Source of the DNA: Octopus bimaculoides | Lineage: Eukaryota | Direction: 5' to 3' | Assembly (NCBI RefSeq): GCF_001194135.2 | Contig: NC_068990.1 | Span: 58,366,664 to 58,427,721, forward strand | Length of the DNA stretch: 61,058 bases | Made by a program: the position numbers and the translations under genes | Notes under the pieces: model-generated | Database searches by the model: none | Seen by the model: the letters and a program-made list of their open reading frames with translations, nothing else | Told to the model about the DNA's origin: nothing | In this document: in pieces, positions 37,848 to 50,687 of the stretch | How the letters are laid out: every line of letters starts with the position of its first letter | How positions within the stretch are numbered: position 1 is the stretch's first letter

Positions 37848-38422
37848 TGTGTGTGTGTATATACGAACACACACACATATCATAATAAAGATGAAGGGAA
37901 TGGATATTTTGGATATTACTAGACATCTAATATTCGTATATATTTGCGTGAATTAATTGTATACACATGGATGCTTGTATATATATATTTTGTGTATGTG
38001 AATGTGCGTGAATATGTATACAGACGCGCGTGCGCATATTGCTTCTGACTTTAAACATGTACAGAAACATAAATTCCACTCAGCTTAATTACTATCCTGT
38101 AGGTTTTGGGAATTTGGCCAAGAAAAATCTTAATATTTCATATCGGGTCATGAAAATATCGTGAGTCAGCCAGGAAAACTGTCATCAAATTAGTTGTCTT
38201 ACTTTCTTCTCCGTCCTTTTCTATACTTTTTTCCTGACGTATATTTGCTCGAACGATGTCAGAAATAAATGGCGGCAAACATATTATGAACTACTTTCTT
38301 ATATACCTATATACATATAAATATATAATAATATTAGGGACAAAATCCAAAATTACAGGTAAAAACTCAATTAAAATCAATTTATAAAAAAATAAAATTA
38401 AATTGAGCTTTATAGATAAAAT

Positions 38423-38744
38423 ATATATAAAATATATAGTTTTAGGGAAAATAACCAAGTTTCAAGAACTCATCGATGAAAATCCACTATCACATATAGA
38501 AAAATTAACAATTAAAAGCACAATAAATGAGTGAAGTAAATATCATAAAGCAAAGTAAATATCATAAGATAAATATAAATATTATATTTATCTTATTATA
38601 TTTATCTTATGATATTTACTTTGCTTTATATTATACTCATTTATTGTGCTTTTAATTGTTAATTTTTCTATATGTGATAGTGGATTTTCATCGATGAGTT
38701 CTTGAAACTTGGTTATTTTCCCTAAAACTATATATTTTACATAT
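38423..38744. repeat. Near-perfect long palindrome next to a gap
   Basis: Arms of ~150 bp; the outer ~110 bp are essentially identical in reverse complement; 3-nt loop at 38579-38581 with small duplications near the centre. Confidence 0.9.
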
Positions 38745-38873
38745 AAATATATATATATATNNNNNNNNNNNNNNNNNNNNNNNNNNNNNNNNNNNNNNNN
38801 NNNNNNNNNNNNNNNNNNNNNNNNNNNNNNNNNNNNNNNNNNNNNNNNNNNNNNNNNNNNNNNNNNNNNNNNN

Positions 38874-38915
<42 letters not shown>

Positions 38916-40945
38916 TACACACACAAACATATATGTTTGAATGTATCTATGTGTGTACGTATGTGTGCATGTCTGTGAGTACGTTTGAGCGTATATAGAT
39001 ATGTGTATGTGTGTGTCTGTTGTATGTGTATATATGTATGTGTATATGTATGTATAACAGATGGAGTTACCTTACAGTAAAATGGATCTTTTAGTATTTC
39101 CTAGGCAAAATTTAATATTGTCGCTGGTGAGGAAGCTTGGATGAATTCTGCATGAAATAAAAATGTTAGATAATAAAATGCAAGTGAAGAGAAAAAAAAA
39201 CACGCACCCAGGATTATAGTGTACCGAAATAATTAATAAATAATATTTATTTTCATTGTAAGTTCTAATTCTACCAAAAATGTTTTATTTCTCCCTGTCA
39301 GACTAAATGAGAACGGACTTTTAAGAAAGATCGAGTGAAGTAATGCTGTTGTTTGCCATTGTTACAGGAAAAGCTTTCACAATTGTCTTGCATGAGGTCG
39401 TCCAGATAAATTAGCCGTCGCAATCCATGTGCAGTTGATCTACATTGCGTATCAAAGGATCTCTTTCGCTAATTTTCATTTAACATCGTTTTGCTCGAGT
39501 GTCCGTTTATATTTTCAATAATATTACTTCTATACATGAAAACAGGCAACTAAAAAAAACTTGAGGTACGATTTGTACTCTGACCTCGTAAAACCCTCAC
39601 CAGCAACGACTACCCAAACACACCCATGGATTGGATGGTTGTCGCTCTGAGTGGTGCAAAGGTGTCATCCGCCAGATGCTGGATGCTGTGATGTGCTGTT
39701 ACAGCACATGCCCCCATACTACTACTACTACTGCTACTACAACTACCACTTACTGCATAAATACATCTAGTACTATGACTTCTGGTCTTCACCTTACACA
39801 TTAACGTTATGAAGCCACCTTCACCTGGTGGACATCCAAGTTGGACAGCTCATGTCGGAGATAAACTGCAATCTCAGGAAAACCATTGACTCGTCTCCTA
39901 GTTTTCAACATTCCAATTTCTCTATATTTGTCCTAATTTTTCATGGTGACCCTATTGACAAACCTGGATCTTTAAAACTGAGCTTCACCTTCAAGGACAA
40001 AAAAGAGAATTCAGCTATGAACAGTAATTGAGTCTCTTCTAGACGGAATTGCAACACACATTAGAGCTTTTGAATGCAATGTAAACACGAACGTTTTATA
40101 TTGCAACTAATAAAACAGATTCTGAAGTTATTTTATTCAACAACATGCTACAACTCATTCCCGTATACTTTCTGGATTCACCCACTCTCTCTCACTCTCT
40201 CTCTCTCTTTCTCCAACTTAATATATATATGTTTGTGTATGTATGCTTATATTTATATTTACATGTATGTATATGTAAGTACACGTACACATACATATCC
40301 TTTAAGTTCGTTTACGGGTAACGTTTTTGAATATGCATATAAAAGCACCTTTTTATTACGCCGGCTGCAGCCTAATGATACCAAATGGCAATAGCAGTTT
40401 TTTGAGGTTGCACCGAGCTGTACCGATACAGTGTAGGACAAACATAGTAATAATGATAATAATAATCCATTGATGGTATTTATAAATATTTTAATGCAGA
40501 GCTACGCGCCACACACACACACGCGCGCGCACACAAACATATGAAACGTCAAACATAATCCAAGGAGATTATTGGTTGTATGCATGTAGGTATATATACA
40601 TGTGTTTATCTATCCGTCCATTTATATGTGTATTTGTGTCCGTTGTTGTACAACTGCTGCGTTTCCTCATTCTCTAAACTAGAAAATTATTTAACAGACC
40701 TCATTATTTAAAAGCATACACCACCATCTTACCGTATTTTCCATATGCGTTTAAAATACCAACCAACGATTGGGTGTCTAAATTATTTATTAACCTGACA
40801 GGAGTAGGAGACAGATATTGCTGAAATTATATTAGATATCTTTAAAATAAAGCGAAAGATAAGTTAGATAATCAAGGACTAGAAACACATTATAAATATG
40901 GTGTGGTCAAGTCTGTAATGCCTTTGTTCTTATGTATTCTTTTAC

Positions 40946-41322
40946 TTGTTTCAGTCATTTGACTACGCCCATGCTGGAGCACCGCGTTTTAGGGTTTTAG
41001 TCGAACAAATCGACCCCAGTACTTATTCTAGCGGTCTCTTTTGCCAAACTACTAAGTTACGGGGAGATAAACACACCACCATCGGTTATCAAGCGATGGC
41101 GGACACACACATACACACACACACACAGGCACACACACACACACACACACACACAGAGGCACACACACACACAGAGGCACACACACACACACACACATAT
41201 ATACGACGGCCTTCTTTCAGTTTCATTCTACCAAATCCACTCACAAGGCTTTGGTTGGCCCGAGGCTATAGTAGAAGACACTTGCCCAATGTACCATGCA
41301 GTGAGACTGAACCCGGAACCAT
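40946..41322 (-). mobile_element. SINE family D, nearly complete, with internal (CA)n
   Basis: Both halves present in order around a CA-rich spacer; extreme head truncated. Confidence 0.9.
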
Positions 41323-41741
41323 GCCGTCGTTGAGAAGCACAGTCACGCTTGGAGAAAGTTTGATTATCATCATCATTATCGTTGTCATCATCATAAAGCC
41401 ATGAACATTATTGTCTGTAGTCTTAGGACCCGTAGGTTTGGTTACCTCGTTTCTATGGCGCATAAGTGACCGAATTTACATTCAACCCGAACAGTTTAAA
41501 CAGTCTTTCGTAGAGTCGTTACTACTTTAGAACTGAATAAACTAGAACAACATAAAATGGAATGTTCTGCTCAAGAAAACAACGCATCACATCGAGATAA
41601 TCTTACACTAAATTCTTTACTCCAGTCTTTCCAGCTCATAATTCAGACCTCTTAAAATTCCCTGTGTATATTCCCCACCACCACCACTACGCAACTCCAC
41701 AGATTGGTATCCAAAATTAAATATCAATTACCTTGAGCGCT

Positions 41742-42236
41742 AAGGCGGTGAGCAAGCATAATCGATAGCACGCCGGGCAAAATGCTTAGCGGTATTTCGT
41801 CCGTCTTGACGGTCTGAGTTCACATTCTGCCGAGACCAGGGTTGACTTTGCCTTTCATCTTTTCGAGGTCGATAAAATAAGCACCAGCTGAACACTGGGG
41901 TCGATGTGATCCACTTACAGTGGAGACGTGCGGCTTAGTGGATAGGGGGTTGAACTCAGGGTCGTAAGATTGTCGTTTCGATTCCTGGACCGGGTGACGC
42001 GTTATGCTCTTGAGCAAATCATTTCGTTTCACGTTCCTCCAATTCCTCAGCTGGCAAAAATGAGTAATGCTGCGACGGATCGGCGTCTCGTCCAGGTGGA
42101 GAATTTATACGCCATAGAAACCAGGAAATTAGCCGTTATGAGTCAGCATGACCCAAGAGTGTAGCTTTACCTTTGCCTTTAATCCATTTACGCCATTGTC
42201 CGAAATTGGTGCCCTCATGCCAAAATTTGAGACCAA
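41742..42236 (+). mobile_element. SINE A interrupted by SINE B (41923-42178)
   Basis: A body runs to CCACTTA at 41917, then a full B copy, then the remaining A tail CCGAAATTGGTGCCCTCATGCCAAAATTTGAGACC at 42197-42236. Confidence 0.85.
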
Positions 42237-44092
42237 TTACATCGATTGCTTACTACCCTGAGAAGGTCAGCAATGGCCATACCAATTAAGCTCTTTCCTC
42301 AGAATAAAAAAATTAAATAAGTTTAAAGTTATTATGACAAATAATTAATCCAGGTCAAATCAATCGATTAAATAACTCACCTGCTCAGTTTAAGGCGACC
42401 AATAATGACAGGAGAAAGTAAGTCTTTCCATAGTATTACCAATAATTCTATTTCTTCTTTTTTGTTTTTGTTGTTCTCATTTTTGATTATATTCTCATTC
42501 TTCTTGTCGTTCTTATGGTTTTATTATTTTTTCTTCTGCATTTCATTCATTTCTTCTTCATACGTTGAGAGGAAGATACTCCCCACTACATATTACTTTA
42601 ATTGTGTGTTTTTTTTTCAATTGTTTCATTCTTATATCCTCTGGGATCCGTTAGAGTTTAAACTCCCATCTGCCCTTGGAATGTTGATAATTCTAAGAGT
42701 ATGCCGTCTGAATTCTAAAAGTAATAGGCTGAAGTTCTAGTTTAATCATATACACGTTTATGTCAATTTAGTAATCTAAGAGTTGCAGTTGTTGGTGTTA
42801 AGCACCAAATCGACTAAATTCTAGCAGACCCGTTATCAAAGCTGGTCCGCCTTTGACCATCTCATCTTAATTATCTATGACTATATTATCAACGGGTCGT
42901 TCGTTTTATCAGACGATAAGGCGAGATTTAAAGAGATTTAGGTAATTTCTAGTTTGACTGAGCAGGTTTATGCTCAAAGTAATAGGAAAGTGACCTGGAC
43001 TTCCCTTTTTAGACAGTGTATCTAACACTGCCTTATCCATTGTGTCCCGACTTCATGATTTAAATTGTTGCATATGCTCGAAGAAAATTTGACTGCTGTG
43101 TCTAGCAGGGTGATTGACCACATAAACGAATCTCCCACGACGATGGGCAAAACACAACCTCGTTTAAAGTGATGTAAACTGTCAATTACGTAGCCGTCTT
43201 TAAGATATTCCATCAACTCGACTGGCTACGATTTACATCGTAGATATGACCTATGAATAAATCATATATTCTCCATAGCATTTCTTTAGCAACAGCATGT
43301 TCGTGAAAGGGCGAACATGCTCATCAGTTATTCTGAACGTAAATGCTTTTATTTAAGAACCCAAATGCCAATACAGCACTTCAATATATGACAAAAAAAA
43401 GTGTCAAGATTTGGACATTTATTCTCTAATCTAGAAACGTAGAACCGACTCTTGCAAAATGAGTTATTACTTTGTCGCCAGAATATAACAGCGGAAGTCA
43501 ATGGAAAAGAAGCAATATGTAGACAATTGACGTAATAGACAATCAACTCTGTTACTTAGAACTTCCATTCACGTTCTTCATATCTATAGTCATCAATGTA
43601 TTTGGTTACGTAATGAAACGCTTACCTGCCAACTGAGTGAAGTTAGATTTCTAAATAAATGAACAAAGATGAATGGATTGTATTTTTAAAATTCGGCCAA
43701 CTAAGCTAAATCTTGTGAAGGACTGGAAGACATTTTGTGAAGACCAGCATTTCATTAAATCGGCAGTTTGATTGTTGTATAAATTCTAACAAAGGAAATT
43801 TTGTCACAATCTTATATCTGAGTGGTTCTTGCGGAAAAATAAATATTAATGAGAACATCGTGCTTATGTTTAAAATGTCTTTGACAGAAGAATAGCTTTG
43901 TGAAAACAAGGTTTGTTCGTGTGTTCGTCCGCATTGAGACAAGTGATCTTATAATGAATATACAGTTTTTGTCTTCAGTGGAATACAGTTAACTGACATG
44001 CACATAGACACGCAGAAGCGCATGCATACACACACATACAAATGCACCAAGCCTTTTATATATATATGTGGGGGGTGCGCCTTTATCTTTTA

Positions 44093-44285
44093 ATTCTTTC
44101 AGTCATTAGACTGCGGTCATGCTGGGGCACTGCCTGGAATTTTAAGTCGAAATAATCGTCATCGGTACTTCTTTTTTAAACCTAGTACTCATTCTATCGT
44201 ATTCTTTGATCAAACCACTTAGTTACGTAGACGTAAACACACCAAAACCGGTTGTCAAGCAGTTGGTGGGTGCAAAATCAGACAC
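44093..44285 (-). mobile_element. SINE family D, 3' half
   Basis: TTTCAGTCATTAGACTGCGGTCATGCTGGGGCAC...GACGTAAACACACC...GGTTGTCAAGC. Confidence 0.85.
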
Positions 44286-44290
44286 AAAGA

Positions 44291-44336
<46 letters not shown>

Positions 44337-44435
44337 CAGAAAAACCTCCCTCCTGGCGGTTTTCTGCTAGCCGAACCTGGAGTCTGCTTGCGTGTGTGTT
44401 TGTGCTCGTGTGTGTGTGTGTGTTTGTGTGTGTGC

Positions 44436-44468
<33 letters not shown>

Positions 44469-45869
44469 AGGAGGGAGAGAGAGAGAGCATTACAAACAAT
44501 GAATGAAATAAACATGAAATGTTAAAAATCGTATAAATAAAAACTCGTTAAAAACTATCGACATTCTTTTGATTGAACCCTTAGAAATGCCAAAATAAAC
44601 AGCTGGTTTTGTTCGTTAATTCCTGTAAAACATTTTTATTTTTTATTTATTTACTTTTGTTTTAAAGTGAAAGCGAGAAGAAAGTGAAAGCTGTTATGTA
44701 CGTGTTGATGAAATGGACGTGTGTGAGTGTGTGTGTGTGTGCGTGTGTGAGAGAGAGAGAGAGTGAGTGCCACTTCGACATCACTCTCTCTCTCATTCAC
44801 GCGCGCGCGCACGCACGGATACACACAAAAATATGCATATATATTTATGTATGTACGTATATATGACAACACACTCCACTCACTTTCTCTCTCTCTTTCT
44901 TTCTTTCTCTTTCTTTCTCTCTTACACACACACTCAGTCACACACATACGTAAATGTATACAAATGTGCATACAAAAACACACGTGTGTGTATGTGTGAC
45001 TGACAACGAATTCAAAGAGCTAAACACGGCGTGTAAAAAGTAAATAAATAAAAATTTACGGAAATTAACGAAGTATGTGGGTTCAAGCGAAAGAATGCCA
45101 AACTATCTTGTACCAAATATTCAAACTTGTGAACTATTCAATAATAAAAGGAAGTCCAGAAAGTAAATTTTCCTGAAAACTTCAATTTATAAAAAAGTTT
45201 CACTTGCTTAGTATATATTTCTTTCAGTAATTTATCATAGTTGTAATATATCTGTAATTTAAAACAAATTCAAGGTGCTAGAATTAGCAGCGAACACGTA
45301 GTTATTATTGTAAGGCTTATAGCGTTCCAAGCAGCCATACCAACACGATCACTTCTTAATTTTTTTTTTTTAATTATACTGGTATATTTAAACATTTTCA
45401 TTTTGTCAAAAATAAGCCTCAAAGTAATACAGCTATTTTGTGTAATAGCTTTTAATCATTCAATAGATATTTTTTTTTTTTACCTTACGTATATAGAATA
45501 AACTGTCGATTTTGCAAATAGAGAATTAAAACTTGAAATGAAAACATTGAAACGAATGTATATTAAATTATCATTAATCAAAATAGAGGCGAGAGCGAGT
45601 GTGAGATTACTGCAAATGAAAATAGAAAATTTTGACTGCAACGAATTAACAATGGTTATTAAACCTACTCTGCAGTGAATGCAACGAATATTTAAATTTG
45701 TGAAGAACTTGAAGTTTAAATTATCAATAAACTTTGGTAATCGAAATTACAGGAAATTTTTTGGAACATGAATTTAGAAAAAGACTGTCAAGCCCTTAAT
45801 AATTGCTTTCTTTTTGTGACTTACATATCTAATTAATAAGCAGCTTTCTCCATTATGATATAAATATAT

Positions 45870-46033
45870 GACGCTCTACTTTCAGTTTCCTTCAACCAAA
45901 TCCACTCACAGGTCTTTGGTCGGCCCGAGGCTAAGATAGAAAACACTCTCTCAAGATGCCAGCCAGTAGTACTGAACAAGGAAACATTTGGTTGGAATAC
46001 AGGTTTCAAACCACACAGCCACATGTGCGCCTA
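45870..46033 (-). mobile_element. SINE family D, 5' half
   Basis: TTTCAGTTTCC...CAAATCCACTCACA..CTTTGGTCGGCCCGAGGCTA...CCACACAGCCAC. Confidence 0.85.
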
Positions 46034-47059
46034 TATATATATACATATATATATATATANNNNNNNNNNATGTGAGTATATGCATATATACGTACATGTA
46101 TGTACATACCTACATCTACATGTATATATAGATGCATATCTGGGTACAGGACGTTGCAAAACAACGTGGCCAAAATGATAAACAGAGTACAGAAAACACA
46201 CAGGCCACATAGAGAACATTTCCTTCATCAGCTGCCACCATTCTAAAACTAAGCGTTTCGAAGAGTTAGGGCAGGACGCATTATTAGAACGGCTCTTCCC
46301 AAGGAGACAAATTAAATTTGTAACGTGGAAGAATGTAGTGGCGGACAGAAAACAAGACAGGAAAACGAAACAGTGAAAATAAACAGGAAAGACTATACGG
46401 CCAGACGTGAAAAAATATGTGTATACTGAACGATGTAATGCGACGAACTAGAAGGAAGAGAGACAAAGAAAGACACATTGCTATGTGTCTAAGTACGTAT
46501 AGCAATGTAACTACGCATGTGCTGTTGGACTTATCTTTCTTTGGATTTTTCCCTTTCTCCTTTCCGACAAAGAGCTATGCTCAAAGCGTGAAACTCTTTT
46601 CACCGAGTGTCAAGCTAATACATTTGTTGAGCTCGACCTCTGATTGTCCGTTAATTTTAATCGTGTATTTGAACTGATTGTTTATTTGAATGGACTATAC
46701 ATATGTATATATATATATTTGTACACAGTTTCTATTTCTATATATTTTAGAAAACAGTTTCTGTTTCTTCGATTATTAATGACCGAAGTATATTTCTCTT
46801 CCAAATATTCTGCAGGTTTTAAAGGCAATCCTTTTCCCACTAAATGCTAATGTATTACTTTTTTCCCCTTATCGCAAGCTGAAATGTAACAATTATTATT
46901 GTTTAGATTTTAAGCCTATGGTGAGCCTAACTTTTTGTTAGCTTTGATTCCAATTTTGTGATTCCATTTTGCTAATGATTGTGCTGAACATACAATATAG
47001 ACTCCACAGATTTTTTTTTGATTTTTTAATTCAACCGATATACATTTTTTTCTTTATTT

Positions 47060-47361
47060 GAAGGCGCGTACCAAAGTGATTCGACTATTCTGCTCTCTAT
47101 CATGAAACCATGAATTCGATTTCCAGTAGCGCATAGTGCAAGACACTTGAGCAAGACACTTTATTTCACTTTGCACCAGTCCACTTAGCTGGCAAAAATG
47201 AGTAGACATGTATTTCAAAGAGCCAGCCTTATCGCATACTGTCTCAAGCTGAATCTTTGTGTCTGTGGAGTGCACGGCCACTTGAACCTTAATTTCAAGA
47301 TCAGGATGTTCTGTTGATCTCATCAACTGGAACACTCCTCGTCACAACCGACGGAGTGCCA
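47060..47361 (+). mobile_element. Hybrid SINE (B head/core, C tail), diverged
   Basis: CTTGAGCAAGACACTT...CCAGTCCACTTAGCTGGCAAAAATGAGT then GTGTCTGTGGAGTG...CATCAACTGGAAC...AACCGACGGAGTGCCA. Confidence 0.85.
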
Positions 47362-47446
47362 GTTTAGCACTTTCCTTGAGCTAGCAATACACTGTCGATA
47401 GTTAAATTAATGAAACTATCATATTAATTAGTTACAGATATACATT

Positions 47447-47518
47447 CTAAACTATGGTTGCAGATTAGGATTCCTAGATTTCACACAGGTGACCCAGGTT
47501 CGATTCCTGGCTTGCGAA
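47447..47518 (+). pseudogene. tRNA-Glu(TTC)-derived pseudogene
   Basis: TATGGT..AG..TTAGGATTCCT.G.TTTCAC.CAGGTG.CCC.GGTTCGA.TCC.GG aligns with the metazoan tRNA-Glu-TTC sequence. The anticodon stem (CCTAG/ACAGG) and acceptor stem are broken. Confidence 0.75.
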
Positions 47519-47616
47519 TCCTGGCTTGCAGGTGTGGCTTCGATTCCTGGCTTGCAGGTGTGGCTTCGATTTCTGGCTTGCAGGTGTGGCTTCGATTCCT
47601 GGCTTGCAGGTGTGGC
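47516..47616 (+). repeat. 26-bp tandem repeat (1 partial + 3 full copies)
   Basis: TTCGATTCCTGGCTTGCAGGTGTGGC at 47539, 47565 (one substitution) and 47591; partial copy at 47516-47538. Confidence 0.95.
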
Positions 47617-47820
47617 TGTTTGATAAGAAATGTCTCTACCATCAAAGCTTTGCATCCGTTGTTGGTTTGTTTACATCCCTATTATTTAGCGATACAGCAA
47701 ACGAGACCGGTAGAATGAGTACCAGAGTCGACTACTGGGTTCGATTCGTTCGACAAAAAACGGTCACGGTGGTATCCAAGCATGGGCGCTTTCCAATGAC
47801 AGAGGCAAGTAAAAAATTAA
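47605..47820 (+). mobile_element. SINE family D, diverged and internally deleted
   Basis: GCAGGTGTGGCTGTTTGATAAGAA head, then GTTGGTTTGTTTAC...GAGACCGGTAGAATGAGTAC...CACGGTGGT..CCAAGCATGG...CAAGTAAAA. Confidence 0.7.
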
Positions 47821-48453
47821 CCAGATAATTAGATGTCATCCGATGTTAAATCAAGTATTTGTAAATATTCGAATGATGTAAATACCATCACGATGGTTGT
47901 TAATAACCAATGAAGAGTAGAAACAAAACTTGCAGTGACTAAGGTGTTACTACACCTAATTCACGCATTTTCATGAAAATTTTGCTTTATCCGCTGTCTG
48001 TATTTCATAGCTTAAAGAAAAAAATTCTTGTAAAAAATTATTTTTTCGATGCTAGATTTTAGAAAATTTTAAAATGTTTACCATCTTGTTTTTGCTTGCC
48101 GTTTTAAATTTTGTCTTCGGATAGTCAGTTAATCTTTTAATCTGTTAAAACAGAAAGAAAAACAAAATTAATGCTTTTATCAACAGGAATTGGTGATTGA
48201 GTTATGAGAATGTTTGTTTTATATTACTTTTTCCTTCTCCAATGTTTGCGTCGATGAACAGCGTAGTGATAAATTTATTTTGATAGTTGTTTGAAAATTT
48301 AGAGTAGTCTTCGAACCTTTTCAAGATTTTGACTTCAGTGACGAAAACGGTACTTCGGATTAAAAAAAAAACGATTAAAAGAATTTTTATAAAACAATAC
48401 ATGCATATAGATTACCTGTTTATTTTTCTGTATATATTATATTTATTGAGATT

Positions 48454-48674
48454 AAGGTGATGAGCTGGCAGAATCATAGGCACGCCGGCCAAAAACGCTT
48501 AGCAGTAGCATGTCGTTCGTCTTTACATTCTGGGTTCAAATTCTGCCGAAGTCCACTTTGCCTTTCGTCCTTTCGGTGTCGGTAAAATAAATACCAGTCC
48601 AGCATAAGGGTGGATGTAATCGACTAGCCACCTCCCGCAAAATTTAAGAACTTGTGCCTATAGTAGAAAGGATT
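48454..48674 (+). mobile_element. SINE family A (A2 tail)
   Basis: GAGCTGGCAGAATC head, GGGTTCAAATTC B-box, CTTGTGCCTATAGTAGAAAGGATT tail. Confidence 0.9.
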
Positions 48675-48746
48675 GTTTCATCTACATACAGGCACACGTA
48701 ACAAACGTATTATTTTATATGTACACATGCATATATACACATATGC

Positions 48747-48787
<41 letters not shown>

Positions 48788-48949
48788 NNNNNNNNNNNNN
48801 NNNNNNNNNNNNNNNNNNNNNNNNNNNNNNNNNNNNNNNNNNNNNNNNNNNNNNNNNNNNNNNNNNNNNNNNNNNNNNNNNNNNNNNNNNNNNNNNNNNN
48901 NNNNNNNNNAAATATATATATATATCAAAGCAGAATCGAAGGTCCTTTC

Positions 48950-49160
48950 TGAGCCTTAGCCTCATCCTGCTGGTTTCCTGAATTTTATTGCGTCCCACTG
49001 GATGGGACGGCGGTCCGTTGCAGGATTACACATTTTTGCCTACCGAGTGGACTGAAACAACGTAACAGGAAGTGTTTTGCTCAAGAACGCAGCGCATCAC
49101 CCGCTCCAGGAATCGAAACCACAATTTTACCCTCATGACAGCAACATTCAGTCATACGCC
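48950..49160 (-). mobile_element. SINE family B, diverged
   Basis: Reverse complement reads GTTTCGATTCCTGGAGCGGGTGATGCGCTGCGTTCTTGAGCAAAACACTT...CAGTCCACTCGG. Confidence 0.85.
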
Positions 49161-49172
49161 TACACAAACACA

Positions 49173-49222
<50 letters not shown>

Positions 49223-49819
49223 AACATACATACATACATACATACATACAAAAATGTGTAAAACTTTCTAGAAGTTTATCATTTAAGTATATATGAACAT
49301 GCTTAGACATGCAGGTATATGCATTAGAATACATACAGAAAACAACACATAGAAATCTGCATATATAAATATATACATACAAAAATACCCTGATAATGTT
49401 GAAATTCTAATAAAGGGGCCTTGGATCTATGTTAGAAATTGACACTTTCTCTATGGCAAGAAATCTTGAAATAAATTTAAATAATGATGTACATTTATGA
49501 TGCATGCATATGTGCATATGTATATAAACGTACATATATCCATATACACAGAGATAGATAAATAGACAGAGAGATAGATCGAGAGAGAGAGAGAGAGAGC
49601 GATTCCAATACTTGACTGTTATTATATTTTTATCGATCTAGAGAGGACGACAGCAATGTTTGGAAGAAATACCTTTAAGCATTTTGCCCTCACAAGTATC
49701 TTTAATCTGCTATTTCAAAATATACGATAAAAGTATAAACCTATGTTTTACATATTTCTATGTTTTACATACATCTATAATCCAACTTCTTCCTGAAAGC
49801 TGATGCTTGAGTATTTGCA

Positions 49820-50040
49820 GATACCACTACTCTTCTCGCAACATACTTTTCTAGCCTGGAAGTCAGCAATAGTCCCCCAGTTACTGTTGTTCTAGGACGA
49901 TCATTGAAATACATCAGCAGCCTCTATGGCTTTTTGAACATTTCTCAAATACAAACTGTTCTTCTACTCTTTGTGCATTGAGGACAGTGCACTTTACTCT
50001 AAAGTCATTATCCTCGGTGACTTTTATATACAACCCCTTT
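49820..50040 (+). pseudogene. Possible LINE (L2/CR1-like) AP-endonuclease relic
   Basis: LEVSNSPPVTVVLGRS and KVIILGDF in frameshifted blocks; these are short motifs only. Confidence 0.35.
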
Positions 50041-50063
50041 TGAATCTTTCACTCTACTAGTGT

Positions 50064-50300
50064 AGGCGCTTAACCTAGTGGTTAGGGTATTGGACTCGAG
50101 ATCGTAAGATTTCAGTTTCGATTTCTGGACCGAGCGATGCCGTGTGTTCTTGAGCAAATCACTTCATTTCACATTGCTCCAGTCCACTCAGCTGGCAAAA
50201 ATGAGTAATCCTGCGATGGTCCGGTGTCGCGTCCAGGTGGGGAATATATACGCCGTGAAACTGGCCCTTATGTGTCAGTATGACTCGAGAATGTAAATTT
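50064..50300 (+). mobile_element. SINE family B
   Basis: Head, core and tail match 3038-3288. Confidence 0.9.
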
Positions 50301-50432
50301 ATTTTTTGTCACTCCACTATCACCTATACCATTGGGTTAGCGGCTGATATTTCAACTCATATGTCGATCTGCACTGCTTTCCGTCGCTCAAGGACCAATG
50401 AAAAAGTGTAAGTACAATTCCATAGCTAATGT

Positions 50433-50628
50433 AAGGCGGCGAGCTGGCAAAAGCGTTAGGACGACGGGCAAAATGCATAGTGGCGCTTCGTCCGTCTTTA
50501 TGTTCTGAGTTCAAATTCCATTTGTCCTTTCGAGGGCGATAAAATTATTACCAGTAGAGCACTAGGGTCAATGTAATTGATTTAACCCTCCTCGGAAATT
50601 GCTGGCCTTATGCCAACATTTGCAAGCA
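50433..50628 (+). mobile_element. SINE family A (A1 tail, small internal deletion)
   Basis: AAGGCGGCGAGCTGGCAAAA head, GAGTTCAAATTCC B-box, AAATTGCTGGCCTTATGCCAA tail. Confidence 0.9.
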
Positions 50629-50687
50629 ATGTTCTGTAGTTAATTGCATCCATTACATCCTTTAGTAGTGAAGTCTAAGCATTGTGT

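Noticed and set aside
38685-38720. TCGATGA...GAAAC hammerhead-like string inside the palindrome
   Set aside because: Core is not CUGANGA and neither stem I nor stem II can be formed.
43295-43327. 9-bp hairpin next to CTGATGA (minus strand)
   Set aside because: Followed by GAAC, not GAAA, with no stem I or III; not a hammerhead.
47516-47616. CRISPR-like reading of the 26-bp repeats
   Set aside because: Direct tandem units without spacers, eukaryotic context, no cas genes.
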